Shown: piece after piece, positions 20,298 to 29,299 of the stretch
Layout: every line of letters starts with the position of its first letter
How positions within the stretch are numbered: position 1 is the stretch's first letter
The notes under the pieces: model-generated
What the model was told of the DNA's origin: nothing
Databases searched by the model: none
What the model saw: only the letters and a program-made list of their open reading frames with translations
Made by a program: the position numbers and the translations under genes
Source of the DNA: a virus
Lineage: Duplodnaviria > Heunggongvirae > Uroviricota > Caudoviricetes
Direction: 5' to 3' (one strand)
Length of the DNA stretch: 40,069 nt
Virus record (IMG/VR): IMGVR_UViG_2526164633_000045
Location: 1 to 40,069 of that record

Positions 20298-20324
20298 ATA
20301 AAAAAGCCCCGCTTTTCGCGAGGC
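20298..20324 (-). terminator. Intrinsic terminator downstream of Rz
   Basis: Minus-strand stem GCCUCGC/GCGGGGC (one G-U) with GAAAA loop followed by UUUUUUAU. Confidence 0.7.
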
Positions 20325-20356
20325 TCATTAAATGGACTTTGTGGTTTGCAAAAAAA

Positions 20357-20794
20357 TTATTTCAGGCACTGAGTCCTGATGTACTCCTGCAGGTAGTTAA
20401 CCTGCGCGGTTATCCTGTCGATTCCACTTCGGAGACGGTAATAATTGAGTTCAGCATCTGCTGTAAGTCTTGGGCTTTCTCCATCGCCCATGCTGCTGGC
20501 TCCGGTCGTTGACTTTGCACAGGTGGCGGCGACTTGCAGGCGCTTACGACCAGCAGAAACATCAGCACGGAGACTTTCGATAGTCGCGTTAGCATCAGCA
20601 AGCTCCTTTGTGTATCTGGCGTCGAGTTCTGCTACATCACGTTGACGCTTCTGCATATCAGCGATGATGGATGTGGCTTTATCGCGCTGCTCTTTGTAGG
20701 TCATGGCGTTATCACGGTAATGATTAACAGCCCATGACAGGCAGACGATGATGCAGATAACCAGAGCGGAGATAATCGCGGTTACTCTGCTCAT
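20357..20794 (-). CDS. Rz: Spanin, inner-membrane subunit Rz
   Basis: [30 protein letters not shown]... closely matches lambda Rz. Confidence 0.95.
   Translation of the reverse strand: MSRVTAIISALVICIIVCLSWAVNHYRDNAMTYKEQRDKATSIIADMQKRQRDVAELDARYTKELADANATIESLRADVSAGRKRLQVAATCAKSTTGASSMGDGESPRLTADAELNYYRLRSGIDRITAQVNYLQEYIRTQCLK
20410..20601 (-). CDS. Rz1: Spanin, outer-membrane lipoprotein subunit Rz1 (embedded in Rz, +1 frame)
   Basis: Embedded ORF with signal peptide and lipobox (LLVVSAC) followed by proline-rich segment, as in lambda Rz1. Exact start uncertain. Confidence 0.8.
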   Translation of the reverse strand: MLMLTRLSKVSVLMFLLVVSACKSPPPVQSQRPEPAAWAMEKAQDLQQMLNSIITVSEVESTG

Positions 20795-21267
20795 ACCTCA
20801 ATCTCTCTGACCGTTCCGCCTGCTTCTTTGAATTTTGCAATCAGGTTGTCAGCCTTATGCTCGAACTGACCATAACCAGCGCCCGGCAGTGAAGCCCAGA
20901 TATTGCTGCAACGGTCAATTGCCTGACGAATATCACCGCGATCAATCATCGGTAAAGCGCCACGCTCCTTAATCTGCTGCAGCGCAACAGCGTCCTGGCT
21001 TTTTGGAGAGAAGTCTTTCAGGCCAAGCTGATTACGGTAGACATCCCACCAACGGGAAAGAAGCTGGTAACGTCCAGCGGCTGTTGATTTGAGTTTTGGG
21101 TTTAGCGTGACCAGTTTGCGAGGGTGATCGGAGTAATCGGTAAATAGCTCTCCGCCTACAATGACGTCATAACCATGATTTCTGGTTTTCTGACGTCCGT
21201 TATCAGTTCCCTCCGACCACGCCAGCATATCGAGGAACGCCTTACGTTGATTATTGATTTCCACCAT
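20791..21267 (-). CDS. R: Endolysin (lambda R-type lytic transglycosylase)
   Basis: 158 aa, [49 protein letters not shown]... nearly identical in pattern to lambda R. Confidence 0.95.
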   Translation of the reverse strand: MVEINNQRKAFLDMLAWSEGTDNGRQKTRNHGYDVIVGGELFTDYSDHPRKLVTLNPKLKSTAAGRYQLLSRWWDVYRNQLGLKDFSPKSQDAVALQQIKERGALPMIDRGDIRQAIDRCSNIWASLPGAGYGQFEHKADNLIAKFKEAGGTVREIEV

Positions 21268-21574
21268 CTTCTACTCCGGCTTTTTTAGCAGCGAAGCGTT
21301 TGATAAGCGAACCAATCGAGTCAGTACCGATGTAGCCGATGAACACGCTCGTTATATAAGCGAGATTGCTACTTAGTCCGGCGAAGTCGAGAAGGTCACG
21401 AATGAACCAGGCGATAATGGCGCACATCGTTGCGTCGATTACTGTTTTTGTAAACGCACCGCCATTATATCTGCCGCGAAGGTACGCCATTGCAAACGCA
21501 AGGATTGCCCCGATGCCTTGTTCCTTTGCCGCGAGAATGGCGGCTAACAGGTCATGTTTTTCTGGCATCTTCAT
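21251..21574 (-). CDS. S: Holin (lambda S-type, class I) with dual-start motif
   Basis: 107 aa, [39 protein letters not shown]...; Met1-Lys2-Met3 dual start as in lambda S107/S105. Confidence 0.95.
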   Translation of the reverse strand: MKMPEKHDLLAAILAAKEQGIGAILAFAMAYLRGRYNGGAFTKTVIDATMCAIIAWFIRDLLDFAGLSSNLAYITSVFIGYIGTDSIGSLIKRFAAKKAGVEDGGNQ

Positions 21575-21816
21575 GTCTTACCCCCAATAAGGGGATTTGC
21601 TCTATTTAATTAGGAATAAGGTCGATTACTGATAGAACAAATCCAGGCTACTGTGTTTAGTAATCAGATTTGTTCGTGACCGATATGCACGGGCAAAACG
21701 GCAGGAGGTTGTTAGCGCAGCCTCCTGCCACCCGCTTTCACGAAGATCATGTGTAGAAGGCCGCAGCGTAACTATCACTGATGAGTTCAGGATAGCCAGT
21801 GGCTACGGCTCAGTTA

Positions 21817-21892
21817 TGGTGCTGGTTAACGGACTTGAACCGCTACCCATTCGCTTACAAGGCGACTGCTCTACCATTGGAGCTAAACCAGC
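21817..21892 (-). tRNA. Candidate tRNA, anticodon TGT (Thr) by manual folding
   Basis: Minus-strand 76-nt sequence GCTGGTTTAGCTCCAATGGTAGAGCAGTCGCCTTGTAAGCGAATGGGTAGCGGTTCAAGTCCGTTAACCAGCACCA: perfect 7-bp acceptor stem, D-arm GCTC/GAGC with GG, T-arm AGCGG-TTCAAGT-CCGTT, anticodon loop CTTGTAA (one G-A mismatch at the base of the anticodon stem), encoded CCA. Confidence 0.65.
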
Positions 21893-21897
21893 ATATT

Positions 21898-21972
21898 TGG
21901 CGGGACAGCGTGGACTCGAACCACGATAAGAAGGTTAACAGCCTTCCGTAATGACCTTTATACGACTGACCC
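21898..21972 (-). tRNA. Candidate tRNA, anticodon GTT (Asn) by manual folding; some non-canonical pairs
   Basis: Minus-strand ~75 nt GGGTCAGTCGTATAAAGGTCATTACGGAAGGCTGTTAACCTTCTTATCGTGGTTCGAGTCCACGCTGTCCCGCCA: perfect anticodon stem GAAGG/CCTTC with loop CTGTTAA, perfect T-arm CGTGG-TTCGAGT-CCACG, acceptor stem with one U-U mismatch, weak D-stem. Could be a degenerate or pseudo tRNA. Confidence 0.5.
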
Positions 21973-22018
21973 AAATAAAAAAAGCCACCGTTGCAACTTA
22001 AGAGTCACTAACGGCAGC
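21973..22018 (-). terminator. Intrinsic terminator immediately downstream of the late promoter (tR'-like)
   Basis: Minus-strand GCUGCCGUU...AACGGUGGC 9-bp stem (two G-U) followed by UUUUUUUAUUU; lies between the Q stop and the first tRNA. Confidence 0.65.
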
Positions 22019-22028
22019 TTACCTTCTA

Positions 22029-22058
22029 ATTATGGCTAAATGGATAATTGCATGTCAA
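22029..22058 (-). promoter_or_regulatory. Candidate late promoter pR' (sigma70-like) overlapping the 3' end of Q
   Basis: Minus-strand TTGACA - 18 nt - CATAAT, with predicted start a few nt before the terminator hairpin; arrangement (Q, promoter, terminator, downstream late genes) matches lambdoid Q-dependent late control. Confidence 0.6.
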
Positions 22059-22554
22059 GGCTTTTAACAGCAACATGCTTAACTTTCTCAACACGTTTAC
22101 GCATTTTGAAAGCATTTTGCATTGGCTGGTACAAAACAAATAACGACGCTTTCAGGATGTCGTCAATTTCGTTTCTACAGGTTGCCATTGAAGGTTTTCT
22201 CCATCCCTCGCCACTACGCCCACACATCTTGCGTGGCTTTGCAGTCGCGTGATAGTAGGATGCAATTGCTCGCTTAGATGAACCATGAGCGTAGTAGCTG
22301 AGGAGGATGCCAAAGGCTCTCTTGTCAATGTACATGACGGAATCGACGACCTGAGAAATCAACATTCCATCATCATCATTACACATTGGCCTTGTCATAA
22401 CTCTTCCCGGCTCTACGCTCTCCATGAACTTCGCTATTACGCTGCTCATACGCTTTTCCAGACGACCTGAATAAACCCATGCGCCCCACAGTTCAAGCCA
22501 GCCATTCAGCCACTCATGCTGTTCTTTGGTGAGGTTTAGTTCTCTTATGCCCAC
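22036..22554 (-). CDS. Q: Late-gene antiterminator Q-like protein
   Basis: 172-aa ORF immediately upstream of the pR'/terminator/lysis region and downstream of the lambda-like phosphatase, i.e. the canonical Q position; Cys/His-containing C-terminal half. Family assignment is by position and general resemblance, not alignment. Confidence 0.65.
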   Translation of the reverse strand: MGIRELNLTKEQHEWLNGWLELWGAWVYSGRLEKRMSSVIAKFMESVEPGRVMTRPMCNDDDGMLISQVVDSVMYIDKRAFGILLSYYAHGSSKRAIASYYHATAKPRKMCGRSGEGWRKPSMATCRNEIDDILKASLFVLYQPMQNAFKMRKRVEKVKHVAVKSLDMQLSI

Positions 22555-23216
22555 GCGCCTTCTCCCTGTACCTGAATCAATGTGAGATTTCCGCAGAACA
22601 CTGCGCCGGTATCGATATACATCTGGTTGGCAAATTTGAGTGGTTTCACTGCTGGCGTATGACCAAAGATGAACGTGTCAGCGCCTTTAATTTCTTTCAC
22701 GATCCCGTCTTGTGAGTTGCTGATTCGTTTGCGGTTCCAGATTACCTGCTGATGATCAACTGGCTTTCCAAACTCGTATTCGTCAAAGGGATAATCGGCG
22801 TGGCAGATAACATATTTTTTATCTTTGCTCACCAGTTCGATGATTAACGGAAGTTCTTCTGCTTTATGGGCAAGAGCTTTAGCCAGAATTTCTTTGTCGT
22901 AATCGAGATTAAAGAACCAGCCACCGCCATTAAGCAGCCAGTGATTGACGTTTCCACGCTCTGATAAGCCATCAATCATCATTTGCTCATGGTTTCCACG
23001 TACAGCTCTGAACCAGGGGAATGTGATTAATTCCAGACATTCGACGTTCTCTGTACCGCGATCAACCAAATCGCCCACCGAGATAAGCAGGTCTTTTTTG
23101 GTGTCGAATCCTATCGTCTCCAGTTTTTTCATCAGGTTCGTGTAGCATCCGTGCAGATCGCCAACTACCCAAATATTTCGGTATTTGCTGCCATCAATTC
23201 TTTCGTAGATATTCAT
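22545..23216 (-). CDS. Serine/threonine protein phosphatase (lambda ORF221 / NinI-like)
   Basis: 223 aa, ...[27 protein letters not shown]...[21 protein letters not shown]...[11 protein letters not shown]...: metallophosphatase motifs (GDLHG, GDLVDRG, GNHE) in lambda PPase arrangement. Confidence 0.92.
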   Translation of the reverse strand: MNIYERIDGSKYRNIWVVGDLHGCYTNLMKKLETIGFDTKKDLLISVGDLVDRGTENVECLELITFPWFRAVRGNHEQMMIDGLSERGNVNHWLLNGGGWFFNLDYDKEILAKALAHKAEELPLIIELVSKDKKYVICHADYPFDEYEFGKPVDHQQVIWNRKRISNSQDGIVKEIKGADTFIFGHTPAVKPLKFANQMYIDTGAVFCGNLTLIQVQGEGAWA

Positions 23217-23815
23217 GCAACCTCACTTCTGCTGTTTCGCAGTTTTTTAAGTTTCTGTTGATACTCCGCCTTGATGGCCCTGCACTCTTCGACAGTCCAG
23301 CGATAGCGGTTATGGTTTGATTCGATTTCCTCTACTGCTTCCTGCCCGATGCGGCTAATCAGTTCGACGCGATACGGAACGAGATTTCCGCTTTTGTGCT
23401 GGTTGCACACCACGCATTGCTTGTGAATATTGCGTTCATCAAATCGGAGTTGAGGTGCCGCAGCAGTTGTCCGGTAATGTCCGGCATCCCACTGAGCAGA
23501 CGTGAGCGTTCCGCACGAGATACATGGTAAGTCGCGGTCTCTTTCTCTGATGAAGGCGTTTACGGCTTGTTGGGCTTGTTTAATCCAGTAACTGCGGGGC
23601 TTTAAGGCGAGTTTTCGAATCTTCAGTTTATCTTTCTGTTTCTGCTCCTCTCGTCGTAGTTTCTTCTCTGCTGCTTTTTCCGCTTTTTCGCGTTCTTTAC
23701 TTCGTCGTTCGAGTGCTATCTTGGTTCCACAAATCTCATTACACCAATATTGATTTTGATATTTTGGTATAAACCATTCATTGCAACATTTACATTTCCT
23801 TCGATAGATTCGCAT
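23213..23815 (-). CDS. ninG: NinG (Rap) recombination-promoting endonuclease
   Basis: From [15 protein letters not shown]...[24 protein letters not shown]...[30 protein letters not shown]...[15 protein letters not shown] matches lambda NinG; start refined to ATG 23815 with AAGGAG RBS (track ORF extends to 23875 without ATG support). Confidence 0.9.
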   Translation of the reverse strand: MRIYRRKCKCCNEWFIPKYQNQYWCNEICGTKIALERRSKEREKAEKAAEKKLRREEQKQKDKLKIRKLALKPRSYWIKQAQQAVNAFIRERDRDLPCISCGTLTSAQWDAGHYRTTAAAPQLRFDERNIHKQCVVCNQHKSGNLVPYRVELISRIGQEAVEEIESNHNRYRWTVEECRAIKAEYQQKLKKLRNSRSEVA

Positions 23816-24356
23816 AAGTGCTCCTTTCGTTGCCGGAAAAATCACCGTAATACTTATCTCGGGCTTCTTCAGCAACTAGTACCGCTAACTCCAGATCATC
23901 AAAGCATCCGAAGTGTTTACTCTTGCCATGGAATCCTAGCCTAACATTCCATTTTTTCTGTCGTTTGTGCCAAGTAACCCCTCTGCAACCTGATTTGCTA
24001 TTCTTTCGGATCCTTATATTTCTTGAATTTTCTATTGGCAGGCATTCTCTTAAATTTTCTGGCCTATTGTCGGTCCTAATTCCATTAACGTGGTCAATTT
24101 GACCAGCAGGCCAACGATTATGAGTTATGTAAAAAACTAAGACGTGAGTTTTATATCTACGCCCATCTATCATGATCATTGAATAACCGTTGGAATCAAA
24201 AGTTCCAGCAACACTATTTAATGCTATCCTTCCCTGAGTGGGAACTTTCCATCTAAATACCCCGGTAGATTTATCGAAACTTAGTAACTCAAATATCCTT
24301 TTAACAGTTAAATCTTCTCTTTTACGGTTACATCGTCTTCGCGCTGGTTTAGCCAT
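23790..24356 (-). CDS. Free-standing HNH homing endonuclease with AP2-like DNA-binding domain, inserted at the 5' end of ninG
   Basis: 188 aa; HNH motif ([24 protein letters not shown]) plus AP2-like segment ([50 protein letters not shown]); AT-rich; first residues MAKPARRRC resemble a NinG N-terminus; 3' end overlaps ninG start. Confidence 0.8.
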   Translation of the reverse strand: MAKPARRRCNRKREDLTVKRIFELLSFDKSTGVFRWKVPTQGRIALNSVAGTFDSNGYSMIMIDGRRYKTHVLVFYITHNRWPAGQIDHVNGIRTDNRPENLRECLPIENSRNIRIRKNSKSGCRGVTWHKRQKKWNVRLGFHGKSKHFGCFDDLELAVLVAEEARDKYYGDFSGNERSTYANLSKEM

Positions 24357-24561
24357 CGTCTTCTTCCTCGTACATTGAGCTATTCGGATCGCTCATCAGT
24401 TCTGCGCAGCAATCGGAGCACACGTGAACTTCCAGCACATGCAGCTTCTGACCGCAGTTAGCGCACGTTAAAGCTCGCTCGACGCTTTCTTGTTCGTAAC
24501 TTCGATTTGGGTCAATCACCTTGTATTCCTCGCACGATGTCTTAGCCACCGGATATCCCAC
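24349..24561 (-). CDS. ninF: NinF
   Basis: ...[47 protein letters not shown] matches lambda NinF. Confidence 0.85.
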   Translation of the reverse strand: MGYPVAKTSCEEYKVIDPNRSYEQESVERALTCANCGQKLHVLEVHVCSDCCAELMSDPNSSMYEEEDDG

Positions 24562-24698
24562 AGGTGAGCCGTGTAGTTGAAGGTTTTTACGTCAGATTCT
24601 TTTGGGATTGGCTTGCGTTTATTTCTGGATCGCTTCGTTGGAAGGTATTTGCAGTTTTCGCAGATGATGTCGGTGATACTTCGTCGCTGTCGTCTCAT
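24516..24698 (-). CDS. ninE: NinE
   Basis: From [53 protein letters not shown] matches lambda NinE; start refined to residue 31 of the track ORF. Confidence 0.85.
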   Translation of the reverse strand: MRRQRRSITDIICENCKYLPTKRSRNKRKPIPKESDVKTFNYTAHLWDIRWLRHRARNTR

Positions 24699-25222
24699 GC
24701 CGCCCTCCTGACGCCCCGCCCGATCGCCATCAATGCCGCTTTGGATACGGTAGTAAACATCCGTCGAGGACTGATGAACGGTCGCCAAATCAGCAGCATG
24801 GAGCCTTTACTGTTTCCCTTCTTCTCCAGCCCTGTCGATGGTTCGATAAAATTAATCCGTCCATCAGTGATAATGCGAACTTCGTCGACACTCTCCAGAG
24901 CCTTGCTGAACCATCCGACTGACATATCCTCTGGCACAAGCATAACTACCGTCTGTCGCTGTTGTATGCACTGCTCAGCGGCTTTTTCCACCCACGGCCT
25001 GATATTGCTGTACGGTGGGTTATTCCAGATTGCACCGTGGCTTATCCACTCAGAATTTAGCGCGTCGTCAGCCTCAGTTAGCCAGTGAGCGCACAGAGCG
25101 TTTTTGTCGCTCGCAGCTGAATCCAGCCAGAATCCAAACTCAATATCCAGCGCATCAAAAAGCCAGAGCGGCGTTTGCCAGCAGTCCTTGTCGTGTGCTG
25201 GCGTATTTGATTTGATAGTCAT
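24695..25222 (-). CDS. Phage DNA N-6-adenine methyltransferase (Dam-like)
   Basis: ...[26 protein letters not shown]...[21 protein letters not shown]... (NPPY catalytic motif); start refined to ATG 25222 overlapping ninB stop (ATGA). Confidence 0.75.
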   Translation of the reverse strand: MTIKSNTPAHDKDCWQTPLWLFDALDIEFGFWLDSAASDKNALCAHWLTEADDALNSEWISHGAIWNNPPYSNIRPWVEKAAEQCIQQRQTVVMLVPEDMSVGWFSKALESVDEVRIITDGRINFIEPSTGLEKKGNSKGSMLLIWRPFISPRRMFTTVSKAALMAIGRGVRRAA

Positions 25223-25665
25223 GCAGCCTTCCCTTTTCGTTGTGACCATTCATACTCTCGCCGGGAGTCATCACTCCACCGCACGTTGCGCTCTGAGCCG
25301 AACCAGAACATGATTTCGATAAGCTCAGTCATGCTGGCCTTTCGCATTTTGCTGGTACGCACGCCAAGCATGACAACGCCACCGTCGATACCAGGCGCAC
25401 TTCTTTGCTCCAGTTTTTTGGTCTTAAGCCACAGGGCAGTGAACAGGTCTTTCCAGTCTTCCGGCGCCAGCCGTTGACCATGCCATAGCACCTGACGCGA
25501 AACATCGTTCAGCATCGGCCACATGCGGTCATTCTGCGCTTTGCTGCGCTTGGGTTCTTTAACGTGGACTTCGTGGGGTGACTTGTCGTCGATGGGTAGT
25601 GAGAGAATGGCGTCTATGGCGTTATTTCTGATTGCTTCGTTGCGAAGCAGAAAGGTTTGCTTCAT
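25219..25665 (-). CDS. ninB: NinB (Orf-family recombination mediator)
   Basis: From MKQTFLLRNEAIRNNAIDAILSLP...QNDRMWPMLNDVSRQVLWHGQRL...ELIEIMFWFGSERNVRWSD resembles lambda NinB; start refined to residue 35 of the track ORF. Confidence 0.75.
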   Translation of the reverse strand: MKQTFLLRNEAIRNNAIDAILSLPIDDKSPHEVHVKEPKRSKAQNDRMWPMLNDVSRQVLWHGQRLAPEDWKDLFTALWLKTKKLEQRSAPGIDGGVVMLGVRTSKMRKASMTELIEIMFWFGSERNVRWSDDSRREYEWSQRKGKAA

Positions 25666-25858
25666 CTCCTGCTCTCCGGTTCCATTTTTCAGTAGCCGCA
25701 GCAACTGATGGTGCCCATGCCACCCTGGCTTCACAGAGGTCACATTCTGCATAGCCCCACACATCAATATTTATTCCGGCCTCAACCCACAGACGAGCAT
25801 TACCGCCGCAAAACGGACATTCTTTTAGCTTTGGCTGGGTTAATGATAGGTCGCTCAT
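25622..25858 (-). CDS. Lar-like small zinc-finger protein (restriction alleviation family), tentative
   Basis: From MSDLSLTQPKLKECPFCGGNARLWVEAGINIDVWGYAECDLCEARVAW...: CxxC...CxxC pattern typical of Lar-family proteins; GAAGGAG RBS; track ORF carries a spurious 69-aa extension. Confidence 0.5.
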   Translation of the reverse strand: MSDLSLTQPKLKECPFCGGNARLWVEAGINIDVWGYAECDLCEARVAWAPSVAAATEKWNRRAGDEANLSASQRSNQK

Positions 25859-25868
25859 GCTCACTCCT

Positions 25869-26084
25869 TCACTTAAAATCCAGACTCCGGATAATTCTGT
25901 TGCGCTGAAACTCATTGTTGAGTTTGAACAACCGTCGAAGAACACGGTCACGCGGATAGCGTCGTGCGGCAGGTGAATGCTCATACAACTCATCAAGCGG
26001 CAAACTGGACGATGAACGATACCGATACCAACGCACCAACTCTTCACGAAAATTAGCCCTGACAAGCTCAGCTATCGTACTCAT
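25869..26084 (-). CDS. Hypothetical protein (71 aa)
   Basis: ATG preceded by GAGGAGG RBS; basic, Arg-rich sequence. Confidence 0.55.
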   Translation of the reverse strand: MSTIAELVRANFREELVRWYRYRSSSSLPLDELYEHSPAARRYPRDRVLRRLFKLNNEFQRNRIIRSLDFK

Positions 26085-26216
26085 TTCTTAAAACCTCCTC
26101 AAACGCATTCTGACGCATTTTTCATTCTCGCTGCTTATCGGTATACCTTGCACGTGCTTACCTCACCACAGAGCGATTGTGATGCCTTAAAAGCGATTTA
26201 TTGAAGTGATATTTGC

Positions 26217-26510
26217 TTAATCGAAATTCTTTTCTTTGATTCCTGCGGCCCTGATGGCTTTCATTACTGCAATTACCGTTTTGTCACGCCCATCCTCATA
26301 ACCCATCGCATAAGCACCTTCTTCACCATCTTTCCAAAGGTCGTCATTCGATTCGGGCCAGTCGATATCCAGTTCAATAGCAGAGCGCGATGCCTGCCAT
26401 ATCACCCAGGCAAACTCTTTTAATTCATCGTCTCCCGTGAACTGGCTTTTGTCTTTTGACCACCAGTTTTCAAACTGTCGGTAGCTATCGTTCACTTCCC
26501 TCTCCCCCAA
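26217..26510 (-). CDS. Hypothetical acidic protein, start uncertain
   Basis: Track ORF begins at a TTG inside the upstream terminator U-tract; a GTG 5 codons in is preceded by GGGGGAGAGGG. Trp/Asp-rich sequence, no family assignment. Confidence 0.45.
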   Translation of the reverse strand: MGEREVNDSYRQFENWWSKDKSQFTGDDELKEFAWVIWQASRSAIELDIDWPESNDDLWKDGEEGAYAMGYEDGRDKTVIAVMKAIRAAGIKEKNFD

Positions 26511-26541
26511 ATAAAAAGGCCTGCGATTACAGCAGGCCTGT
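26510..26541 (-). terminator. Intrinsic terminator in the nin region (tR2-like position)
   Basis: Minus-strand GGCCUGCUGUAAUCGCAGGCC hairpin followed by UUUUUAUUU, downstream of the replication genes. Confidence 0.65.
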
Positions 26542-26564
26542 TATTAACTCAGTGATGTAGATGG

Positions 26565-26834
26565 TCATTGCTTCATCTCCCTTTCCATTTCATCAATGTC
26601 AACGTCATCAGGAAGATGGGAGCAATACGCCGCTATACCATGATGATTTATCTCATACCCTTTGAACGTTACCATCTGGCGCGTAATCTCAACTTCGTTC
26701 AGGAATCCGCCATCGCATAACTGCCTGGCTATTTTCGATTTGGTCTGGATTATTGGTAGTGCCTGTTCTTTCAAAGCGTATGATATTTGCGCATCCCATG
26801 CCTTTTCGAGAATGGCTAATTGTTTTTTATTCAT
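26565..26834 (-). CDS. Hypothetical protein (89 aa)
   Basis: ATG start overlapping helicase stop; no family assignment. Confidence 0.5.
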   Translation of the reverse strand: MNKKQLAILEKAWDAQISYALKEQALPIIQTKSKIARQLCDGGFLNEVEITRQMVTFKGYEINHHGIAAYCSHLPDDVDIDEMEREMKQ

Positions 26835-28270
26835 CAGAATCCTCCTTTCTTCTTGGACTGCGGTTCCTCGCGTTCACGTCGGCGCATTTCAGCAGACTGT
26901 TGGTCTGTGTCATAAATAGCGCCATTTGCCTGAATGCAATACACCGTGCCGGTATTGCCATGACGATTGAGACGAAGGATTAGTTCGGTTTCACCAGGTG
27001 GAACACTGTCATCAAAAGCACCTTCACGATGGATCCCCACCCAATAATCGCAATCCTGTTCAATCTGCCCTGTATCTCGTGAGTCACTTGGTAATGGGCG
27101 TTTATTGGTTCGGCTTTCCAGTGCGCGGTTAAGTTGCGTCAGAAGCACAACAACGCAATCAAGCTCTTTGGCAAGGTTCTTCAGTCCTTTGGTGATCATG
27201 CCGTAAGCAAGGTCGTTGCGATCGGCCTTCTCAGCGGTCATTAGTGTCAGGTAATCGACCAGAATCATGCCAACACATCCTTTTTCTCGCTTGATTCGAC
27301 GGCTTTCGCTGACGATTTGAGCCAGAGATAATCCCGGCGTGTCGTCGATGTAAAGCATGTCGATTTCACTCAAGCGATTGGCTGTTTCGATCGCCCTGTT
27401 GAAGTCACTATCGTAATCACCCTGATAGCCGTCATCGGCGTCATTTGTCGCCGGAAGGTAAAAAATATTCGGGTTAACACCAGACTTCTGCCCTACCAGT
27501 TTTTCCAGTATCTGATCACCTGGCATTTCAAGGCTGAACATCAGAGCGGGCTTTTTCTCATGCACTGCGCAATTGATTGCCATCTGGCTGTATAGCGTCG
27601 TTTTCCCCATCTTAGGGCGAGCGCCAATGACAAACAGAGAGCCTTTCACCAGACCTTTCGGTGACAGCATCCTGTCCAGCGATGGGATCCCTGTGCTCAT
27701 TCCCCGTTGTTCGCCTGATGGGTCAAATCGCTTCTCAAGGTCGCTAACCCAGTCTTCCATGACCTCGCCAAATGAGCGAAGGCCGCGACGCGATCCGGTT
27801 TTTGCATGGTCTGTCAGTTGCGTGAAAATCGCCTGAATAGCTTCGTACTTCTGCGTCGCAGTCATTCCGTTGCGGGAATAGAGCAATTCCGTCGCTTCAG
27901 TCATGCGGTTGATGGCGTAGCGTTCCATTGCGGTTTCACGAACCTGCATTGCATAGGCAACGATGTTTGCTGCGCTTGGCGTGTTCTTTGCGATCTCAGC
28001 GATATAAGCAAAACCGCCAACAGACACCGTTAACGATTTACGCTCCAGTTCATCGAAAAGCGTCAGGCCATCTACTGGCTTTTGCTCCCGGTGCATTCTG
28101 GTTATTTCTTCGAAAAGGATTTTGTGTGGTCGGCTGTAAAATGAATCAGGCTTCAGCATCGCCAGAACTTTCTGGACGCGCTCACTGCTGTCATCATCCA
28201 GAAGCAATCCACCAATCACCGCCTGCTCTGCCTCGATGCTATGGGGCGGCGCATAAAAATTATCGGTCAT
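26834..28270 (-). CDS. Replicative DNA helicase (DnaB family; P22 gene 12-like)
   Basis: From [27 protein letters not shown]... (DnaB N-terminal signature), Walker A GARPKMGKTT, ...VDYLTLM...; start refined to ATG 28270, overlapping the upstream gene stop. Confidence 0.92.
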   Translation of the reverse strand: MTDNFYAPPHSIEAEQAVIGGLLLDDDSSERVQKVLAMLKPDSFYSRPHKILFEEITRMHREQKPVDGLTLFDELERKSLTVSVGGFAYIAEIAKNTPSAANIVAYAMQVRETAMERYAINRMTEATELLYSRNGMTATQKYEAIQAIFTQLTDHAKTGSRRGLRSFGEVMEDWVSDLEKRFDPSGEQRGMSTGIPSLDRMLSPKGLVKGSLFVIGARPKMGKTTLYSQMAINCAVHEKKPALMFSLEMPGDQILEKLVGQKSGVNPNIFYLPATNDADDGYQGDYDSDFNRAIETANRLSEIDMLYIDDTPGLSLAQIVSESRRIKREKGCVGMILVDYLTLMTAEKADRNDLAYGMITKGLKNLAKELDCVVVLLTQLNRALESRTNKRPLPSDSRDTGQIEQDCDYWVGIHREGAFDDSVPPGETELILRLNRHGNTGTVYCIQANGAIYDTDQQSAEMRRREREEPQSKKKGGF

Positions 28271-29159
28271 CGTGTTCACCCTCACGAACTTTCAGGTAGG
28301 TATTATCGTTAAGCAGGAAATCAAATCCCTTTTTGTGCCAGATAGTTCCGCGTTGATGGTTTGGACGCTCTTCGAACATCCATCGGCAATTTTCGCCTAC
28401 GTAGCTCAAATAATTTCTCCAGTCCTGCATCGTGAACCCATGCCCGTCAAGCTGGCGTGTTATCACTCCGGCTTTGCGCCAGAACGTTCGGATCTGGTTT
28501 TTACGCTTGTCATTCAGTGCGCGGATTCTTGGCGCTTCAGGAAGGATTTCGTGGTAAGCATCGACAACATCCTGACAGCTGACGGAAGGTTTTTTCTTGT
28601 CAGACTTTTTGTCTGCTGTGGCACTCTCTAATACGTCAGTATTAGAGATAATATTATTATATTCTTTATCTGTGGTAATTTGCTGGTAATCTGCTGGTAC
28701 AGTATTGCTTGCATGCATTGGTATTGCTGGCTTTGAGGTGGTAATTTGCTGGTAATCTGCTGGTACAAAATTTGACTGATAATCGTCATATTTCTCTACC
28801 GAGAAAACTGAGAATTTACCGTGTGAAACCCAGTCAATCATGCCGAGTTTTTTGAACTTTCTAAGCAGGTACTGAACGCGATCTGGTTTGAGTCCTGTTT
28901 CAAACGCCAGAGAGTTTCTACCGCCAAGTAGCTTCCCTCTGCCTACCAGAATTTCTCCTGCGTCAGTCATTACATACTCAGGCGTATGCTTTGCTTTGAG
29001 GATTAAGTGAACCCACAGATGCGCTGCTTCTGCGTCCTTGTAAAACGGCACATCCATAATTTTACGGTGCAGCAAGGCATACCCCTTACCGCTGCTTTGA
29101 TGCGGTTGTTGTAGCCTTCTGGCCTCTCTGGCTTCGGCTAGATTAGATATGTTACTCAT
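28260..29159 (-). CDS. Replication initiator (lambda O / P22 gene 18-like) containing the origin iterons
   Basis: 299 aa; position between cII and the helicase; internal duplicated peptide [10 protein letters not shown] encoded by DNA iterons. Confidence 0.8.
   Translation of the reverse strand: MSNISNLAEAREARRLQQPHQSSGKGYALLHRKIMDVPFYKDAEAAHLWVHLILKAKHTPEYVMTDAGEILVGRGKLLGGRNSLAFETGLKPDRVQYLLRKFKKLGMIDWVSHGKFSVFSVEKYDDYQSNFVPADYQQITTSKPAIPMHASNTVPADYQQITTDKEYNNIISNTDVLESATADKKSDKKKPSVSCQDVVDAYHEILPEAPRIRALNDKRKNQIRTFWRKAGVITRQLDGHGFTMQDWRNYLSYVGENCRWMFEERPNHQRGTIWHKKGFDFLLNDNTYLKVREGEHDDR
28646..28766. repeat. Candidate replication origin: AT-rich tract plus two copies of a ~29-bp unit, each holding two GGTAAT(T/C)TGCTGG iterons
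   Basis: TGGTAATTTGCTGGTAATCTGCTGGTACA occurs twice (~28673-28701 and ~28738-28766) within the O-like gene, preceded by ATAATATTATTATATTCTTTATC; mirrors lambda ori lying inside O. Confidence 0.65.
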
Positions 29160-29298
29160 GACCTTTCTCCTTCTGCATCAGCTTCACTTTTTCCAACTCA
29201 GCCCGGAATCGACAAGGCTGCTTGAAGCTGGACAGGAAGCGATCACGTAGTATGTGTTTGTGAATTTTGTCCTGGTAAGGACTGAGTTGTTTTGTCAT
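29152..29298 (-). CDS. Possible small ORF (48 aa) between cII and the O-like gene
   Basis: Hand-read ATG with GGAG RBS; stop overlaps the O-like start. Overlaps the candidate pO promoter, so it could be non-coding. Confidence 0.3.
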   Translation of the reverse strand: MTKQLSPYQDKIHKHILRDRFLSSFKQPCRFRAELEKVKLMQKEKGHE

Positions 29299-29299
29299 A

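Noticed and set aside
21600-21816. Possible third tRNA or small RNA between the holin gene and the first tRNA
   Set aside because: Hand-folding found no cloverleaf; only a GC hairpin (GGCAGGAGG...CCTCCTGCC) without a convincing U-tract.
22036-28285. Long N-terminal extensions on track ORFs (for example 25622..26065, 24516..24788, 25219..25767, 26834..28285)
   Set aside because: Extensions begin at TTG/GTG or lack an RBS and overlap upstream genes; homology begins at internal ATGs, which were used instead.
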